From NCBI GenBank assembly GCA_001643675.2, contig LSRY02000016.1, forward strand, positions 558,001 to 622,000: a stretch of 64,000 nucleotides of DNA. Reading direction: 5' to 3'. The notes beneath the pieces are model-generated. The model saw only the letters and a list, made by a program, of their open reading frames with translations. It had not been told where the DNA came from and did no database searches. Origin of the DNA: Monocercomonoides exilis PA203 (lineage: Eukaryota > Protista > Preaxostyla). Both the position numbers and the translations under genes were made by a program. Positions within the stretch are counted from its first letter, which is position 1. Each line of letters opens with the position of its first letter. Below are positions 26,501 through 39,566 of the stretch, piece after piece.

Positions 26501-29500
26501 AAACAACGAAAGAAAAGACAGAGGAAGATCGATATACCACTCAAATAGCAAAGTTTCTTCATCTTCATCTGCATTTTCTTCGAGCATTTCATCAAACATG
26601 CAATCACATTCACCTCAGAATCCTCCATCTTCCTTCTCTCAAAATCCAATCTGCGTCAAAACCTCAACCAACTTCTCTGCTTTTGCCAATGCTGCCTATT
26701 CAGGAAGATATCGAAATATGGCAAACTCATATTCCTCTCCACAATTAGGATTAGCTCCTCCCACAGCGCCTGCACCCACAGCTCATGTCAGAAACTCCTC
26801 AATCGGCTCCTCTTCAGCCGCGGGTCAATCAATCGATGTGAAATCTGGGTCAAAAGCTCCTTCATCCTTCTCTTCCACAGTGATCGATTTTTCATCTGCT
26901 TCTTCTTCTGCCTTGCAGACAGCTTCCTCGTCAGCCTCATCCATTTCATTGATGCATAAACCAGCTTCGGGTGATTCGCGCCATCAGTCTGGTGTGAAAG
27001 TGCCGTGGAAAGTGGCATCAAACAAAGGGCTCATGGCGCTGATTAAGTCATCTGTAGTGATTCCAGAATTGGATGTGGAAGGGTCGAGCCTTGTTGTGGA
27101 AGACGATCTGTTTTCCATCGAAGAAGGCATCCCTCTCACTTCTTCCAGAGCTCCTCCTCCTCCGCCTCCTCCGCCAGCATCAACTCGTCCTTCGCAAGGT
27201 TCTTCTGGGAAATCAGCTGAGCAGAATACTTCAAGCTATAAAAAACCAATAGCATCACCTGGTGCTCCGTTTGATATACAGTCCAGCACGTCTTCTTCTT
27301 CAAAAGGGAGCCAACAGACATGTGCGTCTGAAGATGCGTCAATTGCACCATACATTCCTCCTCCTCCGACATCCTTTGCGCCCACAAAAGAAACGCGTGC
27401 CCCAACAATTGAGGTGGAAACTGTCCTCCGCTGCTTCTTCAATCTTCTGAACTATTCTCTGCCTGCACAGCACGATGCAGCACACTCTCAGCTCCGCTCT
27501 GCTTCTCTTCTGGCGCTTCTGTGCTCTTCTGCCTTTGCACACGGACTGCTCACACTCAACTATGGTTCTCGTGTTATTTCTGTGCTGTGTGCCATCTTCA
27601 GACTGCCATCGAACGAAAGCTGTGAGAAGACGATGGATTCTGTGGAGTGTTATGATGTGATTGACACGTTTCTGAACTGGCTGCTGGAGATGTTTGAGAA
27701 GGCAATGACTCCAAATCCATATGTTGCCACGTCTTCGTTTGCATTTGGGGTCCAGCTGGGATCGTCGGTGGAGGTGGAGAAGAGGAGGAAGCAGGATATT
27801 CTGAAAAGATTGATAGAAGAAGAGAAAGCAACGAGAGAGAAAGAAGAGGAAGAGGAGGAAAGGAGGAAGAAGAAGGAGGCAGAGAAAGAAGAAAAAGCAA
27901 AAGAAGGCGAAGGAGCAAAAACTGAGGAAGGAAAAGAAAAACAAAAAGGTGAAGATAAAAAGGAGAGTGAGCAAGAAAATGATTCAGATGCACTTTCACA
28001 GGCAGATTCAAAGCCATTCGATCCTTCTGCTCTTCTTCGCCAATTGCAGTTAGCCGAAAAAGTTGTGCAGATCCGAACAGAAAGAGAGCCAGACGAATAC
28101 GGACTCGATGCATCCTCTCCCACTCTGATGACTGCATCCACTGTGTTTGTCCTGAAAGGCGAGAGTTCCGATACCCGCTCTTCGCTTGCACTGCTAACTT
28201 CTTCTTACTCCATTTACTCTCCTCTTTCTCTTGCTTCAACAGACGCTGCTCAGATGCCTCAGTTTATCAACAGCCACTCAGCTGCAACTGTTTCTGCGAA
28301 ATCACTTGCTGTTTCATCAACTGGAAATGTTGCTATATCTCCACCGACAACTCCACCTTTATCACATTCATCGTCCTCTGCTCTTATACCTTCTTCTTCC
28401 ACTTCTTCTCTTTCCTCCTCTCAGTCCTCTTCGTCGCTGTCTCATCTCCATCCTCTGCAGCAGACTGTGTTCATTGCCCCAACCTCTCCCTCTGCCGTGT
28501 GGTGTGTTCATGCTCTGCGACCAACCTGGCAGTCAAGCATCGACGAAGAGCTCCTCATCTCACAGGTTGTTGAGCTGCTGTGGCTGTTCATCACACAATA
28601 CTCTGCCCTCCCCTTCCACCCCGACCTCTCCATTTCTCAGTTCTGCCTCACTCGCATCTTTGCCAGGGTCTTTCCTCTCAAGCGTCTGGGCTTTGTTCTG
28701 TCGCTTCTGTTCCACGAGTACTCGCGAATGGGGATGGGCCTGCCAGATGAAAGAGTGCAGCTGCTCCACACAACACTCATGCAGCTGGAGTGGATCATTG
28801 TTGAGTATGTGCGCATCCACCCCAGCGAGCGCCATCGCGTGCTGGAGATGCTGACAAGAATGGAGAACGGGAGTGGAATGAAGCTCTCACCACAGTTTGT
28901 GAACGATTTGATTCGGAGCATCGAGCTCAGGCTGCTCTGTGTGAATGTGCTGGTTCCGCTCACACGCTTTGTCATCAGCAAAAAGGAGCAGGAAAGCATA
29001 ACTGTTCTGAATCCACTGACTTCTTCAAAGGGAAAAGACAAAAATTCATCATCATTATCTTCTTCTTCTTCTTCACCTTCCCAGCAAGTAGCTTCACTTC
29101 AAGAACAGCCAAAGGACCTCACTTCGTCCATTGCGCGGAAAGTGTCACTGATGTCAATGGCCTCGTCGTCTGGCACGCCTTTCATCACTTCTCGCACCCT
29201 CGCCTCTGTTGCCCCCTCCCTCACATCCATCACATCTTCCCAATCTTCTCTTTCCTCATATCGCCTTAATCCCCAAGCATACAACCCTTCCGGCTCATCC
29301 GCTCTCTCTTCCTCTGCCTCTGTTGCTTTAGCCCCGACGCCTTCCTCTTTCCTCTCTTCTTCCTCTCCAGATATCCCCACATATGCTGCCACGCTGCAGG
29401 AGCGTGTTCTTGCTGCTGCATTCGGCATGCTGTACACCTGCTCAACCGACCCCACCTCGATCGCTTCGCTCATTGCCTCGTCTGTGTCTTCTTTCCCAAC

Positions 29501-30920
29501 AGACTCATTCAAATCCATTGTGATTGTGACGAATGAGAATATTTACGTGTTCCGAGTGGCTGAGCTGGAGGAAAAAGAACAGAAGCGCAGAGCGTCTGCA
29601 GTTTCAGATGGGAAAGCACTCACTTCATGCAATTTGTTGAAAGCCGCTCAAACAGCATATAATTCATCATCATCGTCTTCTTCTTCCTCTTCCTCGTCTT
29701 CTGCTTCTTCTCATTCATCTCAACACTCTTCTCCTGCTCCATCTCAGTCATCTGATCATCCAACAGTCGATTCAATTCTTTCCTCGTTCTCTTCATCTGC
29801 ACTTCAGAAAACTCTTTCTTTGCTCAGTTGTGGCGAAGATCCGTCTGCAAACGATGCCATGCTGCTCCAACTTCCTCTAATTCATTTGGTCCACCGAATA
29901 AAACTGACTGATGTCAACGCTGTTGTTTCTTCGTCCTGCGGACAGCGTCTGGGCGTGCGCTTCAAATGCACATCACTTACTTCAACTCTGTTTTCTCATT
30001 CTTCAACTTCCTCCTCCTCCTCTTCTTCTTCTCGATCGGTTCTTCCTTTCTCCGCTTTCCACCTTCATTGCACTTCCTGTTCCCCCATTTCTGCTCTGAT
30101 GTCTGCTCTTCGTGACTGCTCGCATCTGCGAGGCTTTCCTGTTATGTCTGACCGTCTCATCCACAAGGCTCTTATTCCATTTCTCGCTCTTTCTTGTCCC
30201 GCTGCCCCTGGCCTGCAAAGGCAGCGTGAGCGTGTTTTGTTCATTGGCGAGTGCAGCAAGCTCCTCTCAAAGAACAAAAACCAGCCGAGAATGCTTGTCC
30301 TGACCACACACAGTCTCTTTGAGTTTTCTTACGCTGAGAACAATTGGCTGGGCTCTCCTCAGAAGTTCTTCTCGCAAAATAGACAGACGCCGCTGACTCT
30401 GTTTTTGGAGACTGAAATTCAAAAGGCTTCGATGGAGGCTACAGAAGGGGCAGTGCGCAGTGCTAGCAGCTCCTCATCCGATTCAATTGACAGGCCTCCT
30501 TCTCCTTTGAAGCAACGTTCTGGAACGACTCCAACGCCTTCACCTTCCTCTTCTCCGTCTCCTTCTCCCACTCCATCTCCTTCTCCTCCTTCCTCTCCTT
30601 CTCCTTCTCCCTCTGGTGTTATATCCAGCTCAACCACTTCATCTTCCACTCATTCTTCCACATCCCATATGCATAAGAGATCGACCAGTAGCTTTGGCTC
30701 TCCCTCTGCCTCTGCAAAGCCACAGCTCCGCTGCCCGCACTGCAGTCTGTGTCCAGTTGAGAATGACTCTCTCAGCATTACTGTTATCATCGATGCACCT
30801 ACACGCCCAGCTCCAGAGTGTACTACATATCGCTTTAGTTGCTGCTTTACGTTGCATTCGTTCATCGCTGCTTTTCGAAATAGAATTGCTGTGATGTGGA
30901 ACGAATCGATTAAAATGTAA
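20557..30920 (+). CDS. Giant (~3400 aa) protein: N-terminal LRRs with LRRcap, ARM/HEAT-like helical regions, C-terminal PH-like domains
   Basis: Exon 1 from MSDKTNH (20557). LRRs 'FPKLRRLWLDDNFIS', 'LPKVEELYLSGNPL', 'LSILNLSACQL', 'LVNLNLSDNLF'; cap 'PNPF..LKMMDG'. Then the 3235-aa ORF with 'IVIVTNENIYVF' and 'VLFIGECSKL..QPRMLVLTTHSLFEF'. Confidence 0.8.
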
Positions 30921-31422
30921 AGATGCTTTTCTGTTTCTAGTTGTGATTCAAATTTTTTGTTTTTATTTTCATTGCTTTTTTGAGAAAACGAATTCGTTTT
31001 TTAACATCTTAAAATAATTATTTTCTTTCTTTCTTTCTTTCTTTTTGATGACAATCTTAATTTTGTTGTTTTTTACAAATTCTTTCATTATTTTTTTACA
31101 ACTCTGAATGGCATAAGCTTTCATTTTTCTTTTGAAAAAATAAATAGCTGTTTAATGATTATTTCTCAATCCCTCGTGTTTTTCACCGAAAATCGAAAAC
31201 AAAAATCTATAATGCAACAAAATAACAGTCCAACGTAACTGGATTTAGTAAAGACAGATATTTCCTCGTGAAATGAATAAACAAATGAAATATGAAGAAA
31301 TAGTTAATAAGATCTTTCTAACTTTTCTGAAACAATTAAAATGATAAAGCCACCAAACAGAGAAGCTTACATTTTCTATTGTTCAAAAGTTAAGTAGATG
31401 GTTAATTAAATAAAACAAAGCG

Positions 31423-32027
31423 TTATGAGCAGAGAGGTGAAGATGAATTTTTACCCTGGACCATCACTTTGTTGCAAACGTTTTTTCCTCCAGCTAGAAT
31501 TTCTGCATAATCAATGCAATATTGTGGTTGGCAAACTATACACCTTTTGTAAAGCGGATGCCAAAACCCAGTTTTGCTGCATATTTGTGGATAATTATTT
31601 TGCAAATTGAACAAAAATGTTTCAAAAATTTTTGATGTTAAAAAAACAGCAAACCATCCCACAAAATCATCAGCAGGTACGTGAGTTGAAGTTGCAATTC
31701 CAACAAGTCCAAAAAGAATTGGTAAAAGCATTACAAGTAAAAGAATGAAAAAGTTTTTTCCCACAATGTTCTTTTTGTAAAGAAAGCCAAGTATAACAAC
31801 TGGAACTATCATTGTAAGAACGGAGCCTGCTCCAAGAAATAGCTGATAGTGTGCCTTCACTCCAAACGGGATTGCAACTCCAACAGCAGCCTTTTAAAAA
31901 TAACATTTTGAAGAAGCAATAAAATACTTCAAATGCAAACCACAATAAGCACTGATGCAGCAATAATGCTGAACATGCACTGCATTTTAGCTTTTTTCTG
32001 ATCCAAATCAATATATGGCGCTTTCAT
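31423..32027 (-). CDS. Small multi-pass membrane protein with Cys-rich C-terminal domain
   Basis: MKAPYIDLDQKKAKMQCMFSIIAASVLIV|AAVGVAIPFGVKAHYQLF.. with 3 hydrophobic segments. A probable in-frame GTTTG..CAG intron precedes KTGFWHPLYKRCIVCQPQYC. Confidence 0.6.
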
Positions 32028-32120
32028 GAAAATGAAGAAAAATTACAAAAGATGGGTGATCAAAAATTATTTTTAATAAAAGTTATTTTTTTAAAAAACA
32101 AAAATTAAAATACAACGTTG

Positions 32121-34542
32121 TTAGAATTTAGTAGTTGGTTCTTTAGCTTTTGTCTTCCAGCCACCGACAAGCCCAAAAAGATTTGACCAACTTGGTTTTT
32201 CGCCCTGCTCGATAGGAGTTGACTCGGTGGTAACTGGAATTGGTATCAATGAAGAAGGAGAATTAAGCTGGAGTTCCTCTTCAATGTCAAAAGATGCAAT
32301 TGTCCTGGATTTTGTGGATTTATGACGGATGTGCGATTTTGTCTCCTCCGAAGCAGGTAGTTGACTTTGTTCAGAGTTTATCACAGAATTCAAGCCGGAT
32401 TCAGTTCCTGAAGGCACAGAGCAAGACGTTGCCTGCGGCGCAGTCGAAGACTGAAAGATCTGTGGAGAAACTTGGTCAGCGCCCGGAGAATTCGGAATCT
32501 CAGGCGAAACGAGCGAAGGCGAGCACGAGCTTTCCCTGCGGCTGAGAATCACAAACCCTTCTGTTTCTGTCTCAGTCAGGTTTTCCTCATCTGAGTCTTC
32601 AAACTCGTCAGCTGTCATTCCTTCAGTCAGCGGCGTAAATCGCCCGTTCCCGTTCTCATCAGCATCGTCTTCCTGCAAATACTGCAGCTCCCTCAATCTC
32701 TCGATTCTCCTCTTCTCTCTTTCTTCTCTTCTCTTCTCCCTCTTCGCTTTCCTCTCCTCTTTTTCCCTCATATCTTCGCTTCCCTCGCTCGCCTCATCTG
32801 CTCCTTTCCCTTCGCTCACTGGCGTGCTTGCAGCAGAAGGCGCTGACAGTGACACAGTCACCGACGCATTCGAATCAACATCAGAGCTTCCAGCAGCAGC
32901 AGACAAAGAAGAAGATGAAGTTAAAGGAGAAGAAGAAGAAGAAGAGGCTGTTCCTTCAACAACTGCTGCATCTGCTTTTGCCTCTCCTCTTTCCTTCGGC
33001 CCAAACCCAACCATCGCCATGATGTCTGCCACTGATGGCACTCTCCAAAACCCTCCTCTCTTCGGCTGCTCCAGTGACTGCCCCACTGCTGCCTTTGGTG
33101 AAGGGGAAGGCGATGGGAATGCAAACTGCTCTTTCTCCTCTTTCTTCTTCGCATCTGCCTCTCCTCCTTTCGCTTTCTCTTTCTCTTTCTCCTTCTGATT
33201 AACCGCCGAGTTCAATGGCAATCCTTCCAGTGCCGCAATCAACGAAAGCGTCCTCGGGTCATACAGAATGTGCATGTGACTCGTGCCTCTGATCTCAAAC
33301 CTCGCGTCTGCCCTCATCCCATCATTCGCAGACGAAACACACGGAACCGACCTGTCTCCGTCAATCACTGTCCACAGAGGATCCTTCACCCGCGCCTCAG
33401 TCACATCTGCCTCGCAGTTCAGCTGCATCTCGGGCTTCTCTGAGCCGCTGTCTGCAATGATAAGATGCCACGTGGTGGGCTGACCCGAGGCGAAGATGTT
33501 GATGAACTCGAATTCTCCCTCTGGTGGAAAGACAACAGGCAGCGTGCGCGACTCATCCACCCGGCGCCGAATCTCGCGATAGTCCGGGTCCCTCCACAGC
33601 TGCTGGCCGTGCAGCACCCGGAGAAAGCGGTGGAGAGAGTGCTGCCGAAGAGACGGGTGGAAGAAGCGGCTGTCCACTATGCCATACACACGCGCCTGCA
33701 CAAGAGACTGCAGGTTCTGCGCAGAGGGAGAGGAGAAGAGGGAGGAGAAGGTGAAGGAGAATGTGGCGTTCTTCGGCTTCTTCTTGGCTAATTGTGTGGA
33801 TTTCTTGTTGTTTGCTGCCTTGTCTTTCTCCTTTTCTTTCTCCTTCTCTTCCTCTTTCTTATTCATCTTCTGTTGCTGCTGCTGCTGTTGTTCAGATGCA
33901 TCTGCTTGAATATTCATTGAATTCCCCTCGTGTTCTCCCTTCTTCCCCATGAGGATGTTCCAGATGCCTGACTGCTGGGCAAATGACTGGAAACTGCGGG
34001 CATATGCTGCAAGTGAAGGAGGAATGGCAGAAGTTGAGAGGAAAGAGGAAGAAGCAGAGGCAGCTGCTTCCGCTGCTGCTGCTGCTGCCACATTCACACT
34101 GGTTTCTACTGTTGATGCTAATGCTGTTGAGAGCAATGTGGTGTTGTCTTGTTCTGATGATGATGACGTTGTTGTTGTTGATGATGAAGGTACTTCTGAT
34201 GTTGAATCTGTTGCTTTTGATGCTTCATCTTTCTTCTTCTCTCCTTCTTTCTCCTTCTCATCCTTCCCCTCCATTTCTTCTTTCTTCTCTTCACTTTTAT
34301 TACTGTTGCTACTACCAGAATCAATGCTGTGAAATTCCGTTGGGCGTATTTCAGTTGCGGAGGGGAAGAAAGGCAGCAGCCTGCACTCTTTGAATGAATG
34401 TTTGTGCTTCTTCGGCTTCGGCGGGGAAGTTGTGGCAAAGAGAGAGGAATTGGAGGCGAGAGAGAAAGAGGAAGAGGCAGAGGAGGAAGAGGAAGAGACA
34501 TAAGACAAGAAGGAAGAAGAAGAAGAAGAAGAAGAAGAAGAA

Positions 34543-34581
<39 letters not shown>

Positions 34582-37500
34582 GGTGCTGCTATTTGAGAAA
34601 GAGGAGGTGGAGACAGAGAAGAAGGAACAAGAGTGTGTGTGGATTGTTCGGATTGAGGAGAAGAAGAAGGAGAAGAAGAAGGTGATGATGAAGAAGGAGA
34701 AGGAGAAGGAGAAGGAGAAGGAGAGAGAGAAAGAGGAGAAGGAGAAGGAGAAGGCAAGGAATTTGAAGGGGAGATGACAGCAGGGGAAGGGGTGGTTGCA
34801 TTGAGAGAGATTTGAGAAGGAGATAAAGTGGAAGGTGTTGGAACCTGAGGAATAGAAAGTGAAGGAGAAGAAGAAGAAGAAGAAGAAGAAGAAGAAGGTG
34901 ATGATGATGATGAAGGAGAAAGAGAAGAACATTGTGTGTCAAGAGTGCTTACAGCAGAATTATCTGACAACACAAAAGAAGATGATGAAGAAGAAGAAGA
35001 AGAAACAGGAGAGGAAGAAGGAGAAGGAGAAGAAGGAGAAGGAGATTGGAAGATGGGTGATTCTTGTATCAGTTTTGGCAGAATTAGGTTTCCTTTGGCG
35101 TCTTTGTGCATCCAAACAGAAGTTTGAGAGGCGCATGCTGAAAATGGCTGGGTTGGGCAGAGAGAAAGGAAATCGCTGAAAGAAGAAGAAGGTTGAGAAG
35201 AAGAGGAAGATGATGAGGAGGAAGATGATGAGGAAGAGGAGGGAACTGGAGATGCACCAGATGAATTGGCAATAGAAGACAAAGATGAAAAGGCAGCAGC
35301 AGCAGGAGAAGCAGAAGCAGAAGCAGAAGGCGAAGAAGAAGAAGAATTCGAAGGCGAATTTGAAGGCGAAGAAGCAGAGCTGAAGTATGCCTCGCAAAAC
35401 GAGATGAAATTAGCAGCTGCAGAAGACGTGGTCTGAGGGGTGTGTTTTTTGATGTGTGAAGAAAGGTCAGGCTGAGGGAGAGGGTAGCCAGGGCGGAATT
35501 TTGAGTGGAGAGGAGAAGGAGCAAACTGAGAGGAAGAGAGGAAAGCTAGAGAAGCAAGCTGGGAGAGGGAAGGGTTGGGGAGTTGTGGTTGAGGTTTGGT
35601 GGAGAGAGGAGAGGAAGAAGGAGAAAGTGAAGGAGAAGGAGAAGAAGGAGAGGTTGATTCAGTTGATGTTGATGCAGTTGTAGAAGAAGATTCGGATTCT
35701 TGTGGAGAAGAAGAGGAAGAAATAGAAGAAGACGAAATATTTGATGTTTGAGCTGTATAATTTGGTGGAAGCAGTCTTGAGTTCACAAATGACTGAGAGA
35801 AGCGAGGGTGAATGGTGAAGACGGTGGAGCGTCCGCTTGGCGATTGAGGAGGAAGAGGAGAAACACCTGGAGAGGTTGAAGAAGAAGATGATGAAGAGGA
35901 AGAGGAAGAAGAAGAAGAGGCAGCGCTCAATTGTGACGGAGAAATAACGAAAGGGGAAGGGTCGTTGATGGAAGCAGAAGAGGAGAAAGAGGAGACATGA
36001 GAAGTGATAGAGAGCCCACAATCACACAGATAGCACTTCATTCTGTTGTGCATCTCGTCCTTCTCATTTGCTCCTTCTGCTTTTCCATCTGCTGTTATTC
36101 CATTCCCTTCTCTACAAACTTTGCCATTGACTTCACAATTTTTCTGCTCTTCTTTCCTTTTGGCTGCAATTGCACGTAGAGAGCGCCGGCTAAACAGAGT
36201 ATTGTCCAAAATGTGTGGCATGATATCCACTTCGCCTTGGTCAATCTTCTCCTTCAGCCGCACCTCGTCCCCAGCCAAGTCCCGCTGGATCCTCTCAAGC
36301 ACTCTCAACTGCTCAGAAGAAGAGGAGGAGGAAGAAGAAGAGGAAGAGGAAGTATTGGAATCATTAGAAGAAGTACATGAAGCACCAGAACAAGCTTCGG
36401 TGCCTTCCTTTCGATTCTGAGCAGAGGCGTCTTTTTCGTCCCCGCTTTCTTCCCCTTTCATGTTCTGAAGGTCTTCTTCTTCTGTCCCACTTTCTGTGCA
36501 TTCCTCGCTGGTGTCGTGGCGTTTCAGCCCCAGTTTGCTTTCCTTTGCAAATTCATTACCCTTTTTGCTTGAATCCTCCTCGCCATTCCCATCGCTGCTG
36601 CCTTTGTCGCTACTTCCCTTCGTTCCAGTGAGCCTTTTCCACAAGCTCTGCTGCTGTGTGTCTTCCTTTGGCTTCTTCTTTTTGTCCTTCGCTTCGTCTG
36701 CTTTGCCTTTCGCAATGCGTCTGCTTCTTTTCTTCCGTTCTTCCAGTTTCGACAGCCATTCTGCTCTTTCAAGTGTGTCCAATGATTCAATGCTGTCATA
36801 ATCTGTGCTGATCCCTCCTTCTTCGACCTGCCATGAGTACCATTCAAATTCTTCTTTGTCTGTTTCGTTTCAGATTCGGAAAATAAGATTAATTCTGGTT
36901 GTTGAGAATAAACAAATGTTTCACACTATGATATTTTACTGCAACTTTTGGAGAAAACGGGAAAGATGGAGGCGGGAAAAACCAAAAAGTGAGCGGCATT
37001 GTCAACTGAACTGTCTGAAACAGTTTTGGATTCGCCACAAATGATGGAAGCCCAAAACTATATCCAAACATCAATGCACACAATGTTCTTGTTGCCCCAT
37101 GAAACGGACATGCAATTGCCATCCAACGCTTCACAAATTTTCTTAAATGCTCCGGCGAATGCTGGACATAAGACCTAAATAACAGTCCTCCCATGCTGTG
37201 CGTGATGACTGTTATTTTTTGATCACCACATGAATGATAAGCCTCTTCAATACGAGAACGAAGTTTTTCTTGAATCTTAATCTGATCAGGAACTTGACGC
37301 CAATCATACGGATATCCCCATAATGAAATGCCAGGCTTGTATCCATTTTTTAAAAATAAGGAGATGATGTCATGAAAATATGCTCCCACACTAACAATTA
37401 TTAATTAAAAAAAATGAAAATAAATGAATAATCTGATAAAAAGCTTTAAAAATGTTAATACTGCATCGGAAGTGGGTAGTCTGGTATGAGATTATCAATT

Positions 37501-37845
37501 GCGAATAGTCCGAAGTTTGTATCTGGAGGTGAAATCTCTACAGACTAAATAAAGTTAAAGTTTAAATTTTTTATATGCAACAAAAGTAACCCCACAAAAT
37601 TACAAAACCAAACTGGATCATTTGACTTGAATTCGAAAGTGACAGGATCTGCTTGACCTAACATGTTTTGTTCAAGCAATGAACTTCCGCCAAAGAGACG
37701 AGGCCAAACAAGTTCCGTTTTCTTTGTTTCCTTGTTTGTTGCATGAAGAATACTTCCTATAAAAAATTCGAATAAAAACACACAAAATTCAAGACAAACC
37801 CCCTAAACCAGGAATTAACAGAACAGAGGAATGTTCTTTCTCCAT
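32121..37845 (-). CDS. LCAT/PDAT/lysosomal PLA2-family alpha/beta hydrolase with very large Ser-rich insertion, multi-exon
   Basis: 'VLLIPGLG|GSIL', 'YFHDII', 'GYPYDWRQ', nucleophile 'THSMGG' (Ser 37195-37197), 'IACPFHGA', 'FINIFASGQPT', 'DGDRSVP' (Asp ~33355), 'SHMHIL' (His ~33277). Alternative in-frame start at 37896. Confidence 0.85.
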
Positions 37846-38156
37846 TAATAATTTTATGGGTGTTTCAAAGAAAAGTTCCTGCAACAAAGAGATCATCGCT
37901 TATGCATTCACAGAAATATCCATCAACTTTGTCTTGTTCAAAAATAACTCATGATATTTTAAAAATGTCGTTTATTTATTTCCAAGAAAAACACCTTATG
38001 TCAAACAAAAAAAGGTTATTCTCATTGAAAAATTAAACACCTTTAACATTTTCAAATATTTCTTTCGAGACGTAATGTGTGATTTTGAATAAACAGTTCT
38101 ATCAACCTTCCAGGTCTAACAAATAACCTTGTATTTTTTCCGTGACAAATTGAGAC

Positions 38157-38159
38157 AAA

Positions 38160-38190
<31 letters not shown>
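38157..38190. repeat. (AAAT)n microsatellite
   Basis: About 8 tandem aaat units. Confidence 0.8.
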
Positions 38191-38516
38191 AAAACAATAA
38201 TGACTTCAACAAGCCAAATTACTTTTCAGTTAACAAATTGAATGAAATTTTTGTATTTTCAAACCGAATTTATTGATTGAAAAAATTGGATTGCAAAAAT
38301 TGTTATTATTAAAAAATCGCATATCAATGAATTTCATGCAATTAAATGAAAAATGAAAAAGCATTTTAATATTTCAAACCTTCAGCTTTATTCTTTTTTG
38401 GTTGATTAACATATCGTAACATTTAATGACCACATTATTTTTAATTGACTAATTGAATTGCTCAATGAGTTACGCATTTTTTTTTTCTTATTTGGAAAAC
38501 GAATAGTTTTGAATTT

Positions 38517-39155
38517 ATTAAATTGAGTATTTTTAAACAAAAAAATTGTTTGTGAAAAATTGGTTTTTTGTTGAGTGTCGGAAAGTGATAAAAATATAAC
38601 ATTCAGTCAATATTTTTAAAAAGGATGAGAAATTGAATCCCCTTTTTTTATTTGTCAATTAACATGAAATTTTCAGATTTCTCAGAAAAAAATCATCTTC
38701 ATGGAAATCGGATAATTTTTTGAATTATTTAACCTCACATTGTTTGATTATGCATTAAAAAATCAAAACTTATTATTTGTATCAATTTCATAAACTAAAT
38801 TCAATAATTATTCATTATTAAATAAATCCATGTATGTTCTTTCTGAATTCTTCAATTGTTTTTTATTGTTCATCTGAATATGTTTTTCATTAATGACATA
38901 TCATGATTTTTTTCTAATGCATAATCAAACAATGTGAGGTTAAATAATTCAAAAAATTATCCGATTTCCATGAAGATGATTTTTTTCTGAGAAATCTGAA
39001 AATTTCATGTTAATTGACAAATAAAAAAAGGGGATTCAATTTCTCATCCTTTTTAAAAATATTGACTGAATGTTATATTTTTATCACTTTCCGACACTCA
39101 ACAAAAAACCAATTTTTCACAAACAATTTTTTTGTTTAAAAATACTCAATTTAAT
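38517..39155. mobile_element. Foldback/MITE-like element A: 241-bp inverted arms (38517-38757 / 38915-39155), 157-bp spacer
   Basis: The right arm reads as the exact reverse complement of the left arm by eye; no ORF. Confidence 0.75.
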
Positions 39156-39550
39156 TATAGTTAGTGTTAATAATGGTGGACACTTTCAATAACTGTGGAC
39201 AGTAGAATTATCTCAACAACCATTGATCGTTGCATTTTGACAATAAACCCAATTATTCCCTCATTGAATATGAACTTATATGAATTGTTTCAATCACACA
39301 TCAAACACAAAACAATTTTATAAAAAGTATTTTTAGTTTTCGGAGAATCTTATTTCTCCGAAAATAAAATATGTGTCTTTCATTATTCTTGTGAGCAAGT
39401 TGTTTCATTTTTTTTTTGACTTCTAAGTTCATATTCAATGAGGGAATAATTGGGTTTATGGTCAAAATGCAACGATCAATGGTTGTTGAGATAATTCCAC
39501 TGTCCACAGTTATTGAAAGTGTCCACCATTATTAACACCAACCATAATTA
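39152..39550. mobile_element. Foldback/MITE-like element B: 127-bp inverted arms (39152-39278 / 39424-39550), 145-bp spacer
   Basis: Arms match with about 4 mismatches; both ends carry TAATTA (possible TA/TAA target-site duplication). Confidence 0.75.
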
Positions 39551-39566
39551 TTTTTGTTAATTGATT

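Noticed and set aside
21505-36847. Dozens of short overlapping or antisense ORFs (poly-F, poly-L, poly-K/M, poly-E)
   Set aside because: Shadow frames of TCT/TCA/GAA trinucleotide tracts within the long Ser-rich genes.
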